A stretch of DNA of 64,000 nt, taken from NCBI GenBank assembly GCA_965203515.1, contig OZ241907.1, forward strand, positions 3,584,001 through 3,648,000, written 5' to 3'. Shown here piece by piece: positions 11,400-21,585 of the stretch. Within the stretch, counting starts at the first letter, position 1. The number at the start of each line of letters is the position of its first letter. The notes under the pieces were generated by a model. That model worked only from the letters and a program-made list of their open reading frames with translations, did no database searches and was not told the DNA's origin. Source of the DNA: Spirochaetia bacterium. GTDB lineage: Bacteria > Spirochaetota > Spirochaetia > SZUA-6 > Bin103. Made by a program: the position numbers and the translations under genes.

Positions 11400-12240
11400 T
11401 GCGCCCCCGCTCCCCGGCGTCCGTCGGGGGCGCCGGGCAGGCCCGGGGCGCCGGGCGCGCCGCCCACCGCGCCGCGTCTTCCGCGCGCTGCAGGGCTTCG
11501 ATCGCCGTCCCCAGATCGACGCGCCGCTCATAGATGGCGGTGCCGACGATCGCGCCGACCGCCGCCCCGTCCGCCCCGTCCGCCGCGACCGCCTGCAGGT
11601 CGGCCTGGGAGCCGATCCCGCCGGACAGCAGCACCGGCAACCCGGAGGCGTCCGCCGCCGCCCGCCCGCCGGCCCGGTCCGGGCCGCCCAGCATGCCGTC
11701 GCGGTCGACCGCCGTGTAGATCAGCCCGGCCAGCATCGAGCCGCGCAGGGCGCCGGCCAGCGCCCGCTCACCGCCCGCCGACTCCGACCAGCCCCGCACC
11801 TGCACCTGCCCCCCGCGGGCATCGACGCCGCCGATCACCCGCCCCGGCCAGCGCTCGGCCCAGGCCAGCACCTCCGCCGTACGCGTAGCGAGCGTCGTGC
11901 CGACCACCACGGCGTCGACCCCCAGGTCGAGCAGCGCTTCGGCGTCCCGGACGGTCCGTACCCCGCCGCCCACCTGCACGCGGACGCCGACCGCCTTGCG
12001 GATGCTGTCGATCACCTCGCGGTTGGCCCCGGCGCCGCTGCTGGCCCCGGCGCCGCTGCTGGCCCCGCCGCCGCGGGCGGCGTCCAGGTCGACCACGTGG
12101 ATCCACAGCGCCCCCTGCTGCTCGAACCGCGCGGCGACCGTCGCGGCGTCGCGGCCGTAGCGGCGCGCGCGCTCGAAGTCTCCCTGCTGCAGCTGCACGC
12201 AACGGCCGTCGAGCAGATCGATCGCGGGCACGATCAGCAC
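11347..12240 (-). CDS. hisA: ProFAR isomerase
   Basis: PAIDLLDGRCVQL, HVVDLD, QVGGGVR, RDGMLGG, SGGIGS. Confidence 0.92.
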   Translation of the reverse strand: MLIVPAIDLLDGRCVQLQQGDFERARRYGRDAATVAARFEQQGALWIHVVDLDAARGGGASSGAGASSGAGANREVIDSIRKAVGVRVQVGGGVRTVRDAEALLDLGVDAVVVGTTLATRTAEVLAWAERWPGRVIGGVDARGGQVQVRGWSESAGGERALAGALRGSMLAGLIYTAVDRDGMLGGPDRAGGRAAADASGLPVLLSGGIGSQADLQAVAADGADGAAVGAIVGTAIYERRVDLGTAIEALQRAEDAARWAARPAPRACPAPPTDAGERGRITAPAGAAVPARRPPPR

Positions 12241-12247
12241 GGCGGCC

Positions 12248-12703
12248 TCAGTTGAGCGGCTCGAACGCCTGACTCAGCGTGCGCTCGATGGTGTCGGTGT
12301 CGGCGGCCGCTTCCCACAGGGCGGTCAGGCGCCCCTGGCGGCCCAGGCGGCAGATCGCCGCCAGCACCTGCAGGTACTCCGAGCGCTGCGCGGGCGGCGT
12401 CGCGAAGACGAACAGCAGGTGCACCGGCCGCCGGTCGACCGACCCGAACTCGATGCCGACCCGCGAGACCCCGACGGCGACCAGCAGCGACGACAGCCCC
12501 TGCAGCTCCCCGTGCGAGAGCGCGATGCCGCGGCCGACCGCCGTCGAGTGTATGCGCTCGCGGGCGATGACCGCGCGCTCGATTTCCTCACGATAGCGAC
12601 CGCTCAGCGCCGGCCACTGACTGATCACCTCATGGATTGCGGCCCATTTATCGCGGCTGGCCAGCTCGGGGACGACCGCAACGGAGGACGCGCAACGTTC
12701 CAC
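12248..12703 (-). CDS. PTS EIIA (Ntr/Fru-type) domain protein
   Basis: RERIHSTAVGRGIALSHG with the phospho-His, GIEFGSVDRRPVHLLF; GTG 12703 is the probable start. Confidence 0.8.
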   Translation of the reverse strand: MERCASSVAVVPELASRDKWAAIHEVISQWPALSGRYREEIERAVIARERIHSTAVGRGIALSHGELQGLSSLLVAVGVSRVGIEFGSVDRRPVHLLFVFATPPAQRSEYLQVLAAICRLGRQGRLTALWEAAADTDTIERTLSQAFEPLN

Positions 12704-12877
12704 GATATGGCCCCAGTATACCCGACCGATCGACCTTGATCGACGGCGCGGACTCCCGATGCGCGCGCACCGTCCGCCGAGGCGCCGCGCGGGTCGACTT
12801 GCCGGCCGGCGGTCGTCGGGGCTACGCTGACCGCGGCTGCAGGGCCCGGCGCGGCCCAGCCTCCAGGAGGACATCGC

Positions 12878-13537
<660 letters not shown>

Positions 13538-13643
13538 GCGCGGGCCCGGATCGACCGTGCGGCCGTGAGGCCGGCGGCTTGCCTCGACGGCCGCAGCCGC
13601 GTACCATGTGGGCGCGCGCAGTCGATGCGCGCGAAGACGTTGA

Positions 13644-13717
13644 GGGGGCGTAGCTCAGTTGGCTAGAGCGCGTGAATGGCATTCACGAGGTCGTGGGTTC
13701 GATTCCCGTCGCCTCCA
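13644..13717 (+). tRNA. tRNA-Ala(GGC)
   Basis: GGGGGCG acceptor stem with G3:U70, anticodon loop AT-GGC-AT, TTCGA T-loop; followed by TCA, not CCA. Confidence 0.93.
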
Positions 13718-13738
13718 TCAGGACGATCAGGTCGACGG

Positions 13739-14482
13739 ATGACGGAACCGATCAGGGAAGCGTTGGCGGCCGGCAGGCCGTCGCTCGGTTCGTGGCTCAA
13801 CCTCGGCTCGCCGCTGGCGGCGGAGGTGATGGCGGCCGCCGGCTACTCGTGGCTGGTCGTCGACGCCGAGCATACCGCCTTCGACCTCGGCCTCATCGCC
13901 CACACCTTCCGCGCCGTCGAGGCGCGCGGCGCGGTGCCATTGGCCCGCATCTGGGATCACGACCCGGTCACCATCGGCCGCGTTCTGGACGCCGGCGCCT
14001 GCGGTCTGGTGATCCCGCACGTCAGCACGCCGGAGCAGGCCCGCTCCATCGTCTCCGCCATGCGGTACCCGCCGGCCGGCACGCGCTCGCAGGGGACCGG
14101 CCGCTGCGTGACGCTGGCCGACGACTACCGGCAGCGCGCCAACGACATGCTGCTCTGCATCCCCCAGATCGAGGATCTGGAAGGGATCGACAACGCGGAG
14201 GCGATCGCCCGCGTCGACGGCGTCGACATCGGCTTCCTGGGGCCGGGCGACCTGGCGCTCTCCATGGGCGTCGGCGCGGGCGACCCCCGGCACGAAGCGG
14301 CGCTGCAGCGCTTCCGGGAAGGGTGCGAGCGGGCCGGCGTGCCGTGCGGCCTGCCGGTGCCGAACCCCGCGGACGTCCCGCGCCGCCTGCGCGAAGGATT
14401 CCGGTTCATCGACATCGCCAGCGACCTCCGCTTCACCGATTCCGCGGCGCGCGAGGCGTTGGCGCTGGCGCGGGCGGGGTAG
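13739..14482 (+). CDS. HpcH/HpaI aldolase family protein
   Basis: VDAEH, LDAGA, RYPPAGTR, QIE, FLGPGDL. Confidence 0.88.
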   Translation: MTEPIREALAAGRPSLGSWLNLGSPLAAEVMAAAGYSWLVVDAEHTAFDLGLIAHTFRAVEARGAVPLARIWDHDPVTIGRVLDAGACGLVIPHVSTPEQARSIVSAMRYPPAGTRSQGTGRCVTLADDYRQRANDMLLCIPQIEDLEGIDNAEAIARVDGVDIGFLGPGDLALSMGVGAGDPRHEAALQRFREGCERAGVPCGLPVPNPADVPRRLREGFRFIDIASDLRFTDSAAREALALARAG

Positions 14483-14497
14483 GCGCGCAGCGCCCGC

Positions 14498-14785
14498 CTA
14501 CCGTCGTCGTCTGCGCTGGAACAGCGGGTAGAGCTTCGACGAGAGGTCGATCTTGCGGTCGACCAGCTTGATCACCCGCCCGTACGCAAAGAACGATCCG
14601 GCCAGCCCGCCCAGGGTGAATACCACCAGCAGCGCCGACGCGACCCCCTGCGGGACCCCCTGCTGCGCCAGCCAGCCGACCAGCACGATGGAGATCAGCA
14701 CCACGACCACCATCATCGCCAGCGAGAACACGGTGGCGACCACCATGAAGACGGCCGTGTTCAGCGCCTTGTTGTTGTTGTTCAC
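14498..14785 (-). CDS. small 2-TM membrane protein coupled to lspA
   Basis: 95 aa, two TM helices, NKALNTAVFM...KLYPLF; start overlaps the lspA stop. Resembles the small gene found after lspA in spirochaetes (from memory). Confidence 0.65.
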   Translation of the reverse strand: MNNNNKALNTAVFMVVATVFSLAMMVVVVLISIVLVGWLAQQGVPQGVASALLVVFTLGGLAGSFFAYGRVIKLVDRKIDLSSKLYPLFQRRRRR

Positions 14786-15354
14786 GTCTCCTCCTCCGGC
14801 GGATGCTCCGCCGGGCAGTCATCGGTCCGCCGCGCGCCGTTCCCGCGAACGCGGCGCCCGTGCGCCAGCGAGGTCGCCAGCAACAGGATGCAGGCGATCA
14901 CCACGGTCGAGTCGGCCAGGTTGAAGGTCGGAAACCGGCTGAAGCCCAGGATGCCGTAGAACTTCACGTCCACGAAGTCGACCACCCCGTCCGGCCGGGC
15001 GATGCGGTCGACGTAGTTGCCGATGCCGCCGCCCATGATCGCCGCCAGCAGCCAGCGCTGCAGGCGCGACAGGTCCGGGCTGGTCAGGTAGTAGACGGCG
15101 ATCAGGAGGATCGCCGCCAGCGGCAGTATGAGCAGCAGCACGCGGCGCAGGTCGTCCGGGATGGACCGGCCGATGCTGAAGGCGATGGCGGTGTTGCGGA
15201 CGTAGGTCAGGCGCACCACGTCGCCGATGACGGAGACCGGCCGTTCCGGCGGCAGGGTGGCGACCACGATCAGCTTCACGATCTGATCGGCGGCGGCCAC
15301 CGCCAGCGTGAGCAGCAGCGGCCGGTACCGCTCGCCGGCGCTCGCCGTGCTCAC
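14782..15354 (-). CDS. lspA: lipoprotein signal peptidase II
   Basis: DQIVK, NTAIAFS, GGGIGNYVDR, VVDF, FNLAD; GTG 15354 overlaps the upstream stop. Confidence 0.92.
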   Translation of the reverse strand: MSTASAGERYRPLLLTLAVAAADQIVKLIVVATLPPERPVSVIGDVVRLTYVRNTAIAFSIGRSIPDDLRRVLLLILPLAAILLIAVYYLTSPDLSRLQRWLLAAIMGGGIGNYVDRIARPDGVVDFVDVKFYGILGFSRFPTFNLADSTVVIACILLLATSLAHGRRVRGNGARRTDDCPAEHPPEEET

Positions 15355-16133
15355 AGCCCGGTCGGCAGGTCGATGAAGGTGGTGGCCAGCCCGGTGTGAG
15401 CGGCGGTGTGCTCCATCATGCTGCGCACGCCCCAGGTCTCCGTCGCGTAGTGGCCGGCGAAGACGACGTTGATGCCGGCCTCCAGCGCCTCGTGGTAGAC
15501 CTCGTGCGAGGCGTCGCCGGTGACGTACAGGTCGAGCCCGGCGGCGATCGCCTGACCGACGATCCGCGTGCCGCCGCCCGATACCAGCCCCACCGTGCGG
15601 ATGCGCTCGGCGCCGAACGGCAGCACCGCCAGGCACCGCTCACGGCCGCCGAACGGGGCGGCCAGCAGCTCGTCGAGGGTGGCGCCGTCGGGGTAGCGCG
15701 CCTCCGGCACGCGGCCGGCGACGCCGATGTCGACGTCGTGGTAGCGGCCGAAGGGCCGGCAGTCGGTGAGGCCGAGCGCGGCGGCCATGCCGGCGTTGTT
15801 GCCGAGCTGCGGGTGCGCGTCGAGCGGCAGGTGCACGGCGTACAGGGCGAGATCGCGTTCCATCAGCAGGCGGATGCGCCGATAGCGGCCGCCGGTAATG
15901 GTGCTCTGGCGGCCCCAGAACAGCCCGTGATGGACGAACAGCAGGTCCGCTCCCTGATCGGCGGCGCGGCGCAGCACCTCCAGCCCGCTGTCGACCGCGA
16001 ACGCCACGCGATCGACCGACGCGTCGGCGGCGCCGACCTGCAGGCCGTTCGGCGCCGCGTCGGCCGCGTCGGCCGCCTGCATCGGCGTGATGAGCGCGTC
16101 GCGGACGAATGCGTCGAAGTCGCTGATCAGCAC
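15351..16133 (-). CDS. Nif3-like dinuclear metal center protein
   Basis: NGLQV, VHHGLFW, HLPLDAHPQLGNN, GHYATE. Confidence 0.92.
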   Translation of the reverse strand: MLISDFDAFVRDALITPMQAADAADAAPNGLQVGAADASVDRVAFAVDSGLEVLRRAADQGADLLFVHHGLFWGRQSTITGGRYRRIRLLMERDLALYAVHLPLDAHPQLGNNAGMAAALGLTDCRPFGRYHDVDIGVAGRVPEARYPDGATLDELLAAPFGGRERCLAVLPFGAERIRTVGLVSGGGTRIVGQAIAAGLDLYVTGDASHEVYHEALEAGINVVFAGHYATETWGVRSMMEHTAAHTGLATTFIDLPTGL

Positions 16134-16202
16134 GGGGCGGCAGTATAGCGCGGATGCCGCGCCCTGCCGTAGAGGATGCGGAGCGCGGCGTCGAGGCTGG
16201 CC

Positions 16203-16487
16203 TCAGCCGCCGAGCGGATCCTGCAGGCGCTCGGCGACCCGGTCGATGACCGCGGCGGTGATGTAGTCGGGACTCTGGACCCGGGCCTTGAGATCGGCGA
16301 CCAGGTCGGCCCGGACATCCGGGCTGTTGTGGGCGATTTCCACCGCCGCGTAGAGATCGCCGACCGACCGGGCTTCCGGTGAGAGGTCGACCGAGTCGGC
16401 GGCCTGCGAAGGCGGGGTTGGCGTTGTCCGGTCGATGCCCTTGAGACCAGTGACCGGATCGATCGGACCGAGGGGGTCGACGGCCAT
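16203..16487 (-). CDS. flgM: anti-sigma28 factor FlgM
   Basis: DSVDLSPEAR...PDVRADLVADLKARVQSPDY; SD AAGGAG. Confidence 0.75.
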   Translation of the reverse strand: MAVDPLGPIDPVTGLKGIDRTTPTPPSQAADSVDLSPEARSVGDLYAAVEIAHNSPDVRADLVADLKARVQSPDYITAAVIDRVAERLQDPLGG

Positions 16488-16658
16488 CTGAGCGCTCCTT
16501 ACCTCGCGCGCAACCGCCGGCGGCAGCGCGCGTGTTGTCGGGCCTCCCCCCTCCCCATGAGGCGTCCGCGGCCATGCTGCCGCATGCGCGGCGCGCCGTC
16601 AACCCTCCCCGTCGACCGGTTCGCGGCGCCTGTCTTCGGGCGCTTGGCGCCGGTTCCC

Positions 16659-17444
16659 TCAGGCGTGCCAGCCGCCGGCGACCTTGAGGTTCTCCCCGGT
16701 CACGTAGGCGGTCTCCGGCCGCAGGAAGAACTCGACCGCGCCGTTGAGATCGGCATAGGTGCCGTAGCGGCCCTTGGGGATCGCCGCCGGTCCGCCCGGC
16801 GGCTTGGTCACCGAGTTCTCCATGATGCCGGGCGATACCGCGTTGACGGTGATGTCGCAGTCGGCGGTCGCCGCCGCCAGGCTCCGGGTCAGGATGAGGA
16901 TGCCGGTCTTGCCGACCATGTACGGCGCCAGCGTCGGCTGCGGGGAGAGCTTGTCGGCCGCCGAGTCGGCGATGTTGACGATGCGGCCGTAGCCGCGGCG
17001 GCGCATGTGCGGCAGCACCGCCCGGCAGACCAGGAAGGCGGCGGTCACCGTGGTGCGTATGGCGTGGTCCCACTCGGCCGGCTCCACCCGTTCGATCGGC
17101 TTCACCGCGAAGGCGCCGACGTTGTTCACCACCAGGTCGATGCGGCCGCTGCGCGCGACGATCCGTTCCACCAGCGCGGCCGTGTCGCCGGGGCGGGTGA
17201 GGTCGGCGCCCTCCGCGTAGCAGCCGGCCGCGCCGCCGCCCAGGCGCGCGGCCAGGGCGCGCGCCGCGGCGGCGCGGGTGTGGTAGTGGATCGCGACCGC
17301 CGCGCCGCAGGCGGCCAGGTGGGCGGCGATGGCGGCGCCGGTGCGGCGCGCGGCGCCGGTCACCAGCGCCACCTGTCCGGCGAAGGGCCGGGCCGAACCG
17401 GTCGGCCCGGCCGAACCGGTCGGCCCGGCCGATGAGCCGGTCAC
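16659..17444 (-). CDS. SDR oxidoreductase, pteridine reductase/FolM-like
   Basis: TGAARRTG, IHY, VNN, YxxGK, VNAVSPG; coupled to folK (GTGA overlap). Confidence 0.78.
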   Translation of the reverse strand: MTGSSAGPTGSAGPTGSARPFAGQVALVTGAARRTGAAIAAHLAACGAAVAIHYHTRAAAARALAARLGGGAAGCYAEGADLTRPGDTAALVERIVARSGRIDLVVNNVGAFAVKPIERVEPAEWDHAIRTTVTAAFLVCRAVLPHMRRRGYGRIVNIADSAADKLSPQPTLAPYMVGKTGILILTRSLAAATADCDITVNAVSPGIMENSVTKPPGGPAAIPKGRYGTYADLNGAVEFFLRPETAYVTGENLKVAGGWHA

Positions 17445-17932
17445 GGCGCCGCGCGGGAGACGATCTGTCGGTACCGGAGCCGGTGCCGCCATGCGGCGAG
17501 CGGCCGGCCGCAGGCCGGGTGGGTGAGAGCCGGCGCGATGTCGAGCAGCGGCACCAGCATGAAGTCGCGCTCGGTCAGTCCGGGGTGCGGAATCGTCAGG
17601 CGTTCGCCGTCGATCGTGCGATCGCCGTACAGCAGGATGTCCAGGTCGATCGGGCGGGGGCCGCGGCGGACGGCGGTGCGCGTGCGGCCGAGCGCGCGCT
17701 CGATCGCCTGCAGGCGGTCGAGGAGCGCGTGCGGGGCGGCCGCGGTCCGTACGGCGACCACCAGGTTCAGGAACGGCGCCTGCTCGATCACCCCCCACGG
17801 CCGGGTGAGATAGGTGGGCGAGGCGCGGAGCAGCTCGACGACCGCGTCGAGCCGCGCCAGGGCGCGCGCCAGGTTGGGGCGCGGATCGACGTTCGATCCG
17901 CACGCGATGAAGGCGGTCGCCGCGGCGGTCAT
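17441..17932 (-). CDS. folK: 6-hydroxymethyl-7,8-dihydropterin pyrophosphokinase
   Basis: GSNV, FLN, GPRPIDLDIL, IPHP, ERDF. Confidence 0.93.
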   Translation of the reverse strand: MTAAATAFIACGSNVDPRPNLARALARLDAVVELLRASPTYLTRPWGVIEQAPFLNLVVAVRTAAAPHALLDRLQAIERALGRTRTAVRRGPRPIDLDILLYGDRTIDGERLTIPHPGLTERDFMLVPLLDIAPALTHPACGRPLAAWRHRLRYRQIVSRAAP

Positions 17933-17939
17933 CGGCCGC

Positions 17940-19073
17940 TCATGCCGCGCCGCCCGGCGGCCGCAGGCCGCGCACGGTCGCTATGACGTCCGGGTCGTGG
18001 GTGCGTATCCAGCTCGGCCGCGCCTCCAGCAGCAGGTGGGAGAGGATGATGCGGCTGGTCAGGCTCTCCTTGCGCGGGCAGTTGATCAGCACCGGGCAGC
18101 CGCGCGCCTCCAGCCGGCGGGCGGCCGCGATCGCCTCCATCTGCAGATCGACCTTGCGGTATTCGTCCAGGTCGGGATGGACGATGCCGGTGTTGGGATC
18201 GACGTACACCTCCGCCGCCCCGGCGGCCCGCGCGGCGTCGGCGCGGGCCGCCAGGGCGGCGGTCATCCGTGCGGCGTCGTGCGCGATCGGCGCGCTGCCG
18301 CGCATCCGCGCCGGATCGCCGTAGGGCAGGTGGACCAGCGCCAGCGCCGCGCCGCGCTCGCCGGCGCGGCGGCACAGCTCGTCCGGGAGCCGTTCGCCGG
18401 TGAAGTCGATCATGGCCGCGCCGGCGTCGAGCGCCCAGAGCGCGGTGGCGGCGCTCCAGGTCTCCACCGCCACGCGAAAGCCGCCCGCGATCAGGGGCGG
18501 CAGCGCCGGCCGCAGCCGCTCGATCTCCTCGCCGTCGCTCAGGCGCCGGGCGCCCGGCGCCGGATTGGTCGAGCGGGCGCCCAGCTCGATCAGCTCGCAT
18601 CCCGCGCCGCGCAGGCGCTCGGCGCGCTCGACGATCCGTTCCCGGCCGACCGCCACCGACGGCGTGACGCGCGATTCGGGCGACAGGTTGACGACCCCCA
18701 GCAGCCGCGGAAACGGCCGCGGCCGGCGGCGGACCACCTCCACCGCGGCGGCCTGCGCGGCGCGGACCGCGTCCGGCTTGCGCACCAGGACCCGCGCTTC
18801 CCGCACGCCGGGACGGCGCAGGCAGAGCGCGGCCAGCGCCTCGGCCAGCGACTCCAGCAACCGGTGTCGGCCGCGCTGAGCCTCGGCGGCCGCCGCTTCG
18901 GCCAGCTCGGCATAGTCGATCGTGTCGGCCAGCCGGCCGCTCGCCGCCGCCGGCGCCAGATCGATCGCCATCGACAGCGTGATCCGCACCTCCTGGGGCG
19001 CGCGCCGTTCCCACGGGTGGATGCCGACGATGCAGCTCACCCGCAGGTCGTCGATCGCGATCCGATCGTGCAT
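17940..19073 (-). CDS. folB-folP: FolB-FolP fusion (dihydroneopterin aldolase + divergent dihydropteroate synthase)
   Basis: N-terminal GIHPWER..QEV..TIDY..LLESLAE..KP (FolB); C-terminal GVVNLSPES, IELGARSTNP, VDP, RK, IRTHD (DHPS). Confidence 0.82.
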   Translation of the reverse strand: MHDRIAIDDLRVSCIVGIHPWERRAPQEVRITLSMAIDLAPAAASGRLADTIDYAELAEAAAAEAQRGRHRLLESLAEALAALCLRRPGVREARVLVRKPDAVRAAQAAAVEVVRRRPRPFPRLLGVVNLSPESRVTPSVAVGRERIVERAERLRGAGCELIELGARSTNPAPGARRLSDGEEIERLRPALPPLIAGGFRVAVETWSAATALWALDAGAAMIDFTGERLPDELCRRAGERGAALALVHLPYGDPARMRGSAPIAHDAARMTAALAARADAARAAGAAEVYVDPNTGIVHPDLDEYRKVDLQMEAIAAARRLEARGCPVLINCPRKESLTSRIILSHLLLEARPSWIRTHDPDVIATVRGLRPPGGAA

Positions 19074-19138
19074 GGCCGGCACTCTACGGACTGCCGGCGG
19101 CGCGGACAACGGCGGGCGGGCCGTGGTATGAGTGGAGC

Positions 19139-20092
19139 ATGCTCAAACGTCCCAGGATCGCCGTGATCGGCGCCGGCAACGTCGGCGCCACCTGCGCCCA
19201 CTGGCTGGTCGCCCGGGAGCTGGGCGACGTGGTGCTGCTCGACATCCCCCAGGTCGCCGCGCAGACCAGGGGCAAGGCGCTCGATCTGTACGAGGCTACG
19301 CCGATCGAGCGGCTCGACTGCCGCGTCACCGGCACCGACGACTACGCGGAGCTGGCCGGCGCCGACGTCGTGGTGCTGACCGCCGGCTCGCCGCGCCGGC
19401 CCGGCATGAGCCGCGACGACCTGATCAAGGTGAACGCCGGCATCGTCGCCGGCGTCGCCGCCCAGGTGCGCGAGCGCGTGCCCGACTCCATCTTCATCGT
19501 CATGACCAATCCGCTCGACGCCATGGTCTACGCCGCCTGGAAGGCGAGCGGCTTTCCGCGCGAGCGGATCGTCGGCCAGGCCGGCTGCCTGGACGTGGCG
19601 CGCTTCAAGACCTTCATCGCCGAGGAGACCGGCTACAGCGTGGAGGACATCAACGCGTTGCTGCTCGGCGGGCACGGCGACGACATGGTGCCGCTGCCCC
19701 GCTTCACCAACGTCGGCGGCATTCCGGTGACCGAGCTGATGAGCGCCGAGCGGCTGCATGCGCTGGTGGAGCGCACCAAGGCCGGCGGCGGCGAGATCGT
19801 GGAGCTGATGGGAACCAGCTCCTATTACGCGGCGTCGGCCGCCATCCTGCAGATGGTCGAGTCGATCGTCCGCGACAAGAAGCGCATCCTGCCGTGCGCG
19901 GCGCTCTGTCGGGGCGAGTACGGCGTGGACGGCCTCTTCGTCGGCGTGCCGTGCGTGCTCGGCGCCGGCGGCGTGGAGCGGATCATCGAGGTGCGGCTCG
20001 ACGCCGGCGAGCGCGCGGCGTTCGCCGGCTCGGCCGGCCACGTGCGCGAGCTGGTCGAGGCGGTGCGCGCGCTGTTTCCGGAGCTCGCCTGA
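19139..20092 (+). CDS. mdh: malate dehydrogenase (LDH-like)
   Basis: [22 protein letters not shown]. Confidence 0.95.
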   Translation: MLKRPRIAVIGAGNVGATCAHWLVARELGDVVLLDIPQVAAQTRGKALDLYEATPIERLDCRVTGTDDYAELAGADVVVLTAGSPRRPGMSRDDLIKVNAGIVAGVAAQVRERVPDSIFIVMTNPLDAMVYAAWKASGFPRERIVGQAGCLDVARFKTFIAEETGYSVEDINALLLGGHGDDMVPLPRFTNVGGIPVTELMSAERLHALVERTKAGGGEIVELMGTSSYYAASAAILQMVESIVRDKKRILPCAALCRGEYGVDGLFVGVPCVLGAGGVERIIEVRLDAGERAAFAGSAGHVRELVEAVRALFPELA

Positions 20093-20093
20093 C

Positions 20094-21500
20094 GTGGCGC
20101 ACCCGGCGGCCGGCTTTCGCGAGGAGACCGACTCGCTCGGCGCGGTGCGCGTGCCGGCCGATCGCTATTGGGGGGCGCAGACCGAGCGGTCGCGCGCCAA
20201 CTTTCGCATCGGCGGCGAGCGCATGCCGGTCGAGGTGGTGCGCGCCCTGGGCATCGTCAAGAAGGCGGCGGCGATCGCCAACGCCGAGCTGGGCGTGCTG
20301 GAGGAAGGCGCGCGCGACCTGATCGTGCGCGCCGCCGACCAGATCATCGCCGGCGAGCTGGACGACCAGTTCCCGCTGGTCGTCTGGCAGACCGGCAGCG
20401 GCACGCAGTCGAACATGAACGTCAACGAGGTGATCGCCAACCGCGCCATCGAGCTGGCCGGCGGCCGGCTCGGCAGCAAGACGCCGATCCACCCCAACGA
20501 CGACGTCAACCGCTCGCAGTCGTCCAACGACGCCTTTCCCACCGCCATGCACGTGGCCGCGGTCGCGGCGCTGCGCGGCCGCCTGCTGCCGGCCGCGGCG
20601 GCGCTGCAGGAGGCGCTCGCCGCCCGGCGCGACGCGTTTGCGCGGATCGTCAAGATCGGCCGCACGCACCTGATGGACGCCGTGCCGCTCACCCTGGGCC
20701 AGGAGTTCTCCGGCTACGCGGAACAGGTCGGGCGCGGCCGGCAGCGGGTCGAGCGCGCGCTGCCCGATCTCTGCGAGCTGGCGTTGGGCGGCACCGCGGT
20801 CGGCACCGGGCTGAACGCGCCGCCGGGGTTCGCCGCGCGGGCCGCGGCGTGGATCGCGCGGCTCACCGGCGAGCCGTTCGTCACCGCTCCCAACAAGTTC
20901 GAGGCGCTGGCCGCGCACGACGCGATCGTGGAGGCGTCCGGCGCCCTGAAGACGCTGGCGGCGGCGCTGATGAAGATCGCCAACGACATCCGCTGGCTCG
21001 GTTCCGGGCCGCGTTCGGGGCTGGGCGAGCTGCGGTTGCCGGAGAACGAGCCGGGCAGCTCCATCATGCCGGGCAAGGTCAACCCCACGCAGTGCGAGGC
21101 GCTCACCATGGTCTGCGCGCGCGTGTTCGGCAACGATGCCGCCATCACCGTGGCCGGCGCCTCCGGCGCCTTCGAGTTGAACGTCTTCAAGCCGCTGCTG
21201 ATCGACAGCCTGCTGCAGTCGATCCGGCTGCTGGCCGACGGCATGGCCAGCTTCGCCGAGCACTGCGTGGCCGGCATCGAGCCGGACCGGGAACGGATCG
21301 CGGAGCTGGTGCGGCGGTCGCTCATGCTGGTGACCGCCATCACCCCCCACGTCGGCTACGACAAGGCGGCGGCGATCGCCCGGACCGCCCATCGCGAAGG
21401 GATCACGCTGCGCCAGGCGGCGGTCCGCAGCGGCCACCTGACCGCCGATCAGTACGACCGTTGGGTCCGCCCCGAACGGATGGTGCGGGACCAGCGCTGA
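20094..21500 (+). CDS. fumC: fumarate hydratase class II
   Basis: [31 protein letters not shown]. Confidence 0.96.
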   Translation: MAHPAAGFREETDSLGAVRVPADRYWGAQTERSRANFRIGGERMPVEVVRALGIVKKAAAIANAELGVLEEGARDLIVRAADQIIAGELDDQFPLVVWQTGSGTQSNMNVNEVIANRAIELAGGRLGSKTPIHPNDDVNRSQSSNDAFPTAMHVAAVAALRGRLLPAAAALQEALAARRDAFARIVKIGRTHLMDAVPLTLGQEFSGYAEQVGRGRQRVERALPDLCELALGGTAVGTGLNAPPGFAARAAAWIARLTGEPFVTAPNKFEALAAHDAIVEASGALKTLAAALMKIANDIRWLGSGPRSGLGELRLPENEPGSSIMPGKVNPTQCEALTMVCARVFGNDAAITVAGASGAFELNVFKPLLIDSLLQSIRLLADGMASFAEHCVAGIEPDRERIAELVRRSLMLVTAITPHVGYDKAAAIARTAHREGITLRQAAVRSGHLTADQYDRWVRPERMVRDQR

Positions 21501-21506
21501 GTCGGA

Positions 21507-21535
21507 TTGAAACCGAGCGGCAAAAGCAGTATACT
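21507..21535 (+). promoter_or_regulatory. sigma70-like promoter of LRR surface protein gene
   Basis: TTGAAA-N17-TATACT. Confidence 0.7.
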
Positions 21536-21585
21536 CCCGTGCCCGCAAGAGCTCCGCCCGAAGAAGCGAAGAATCAGAGGCCGAC

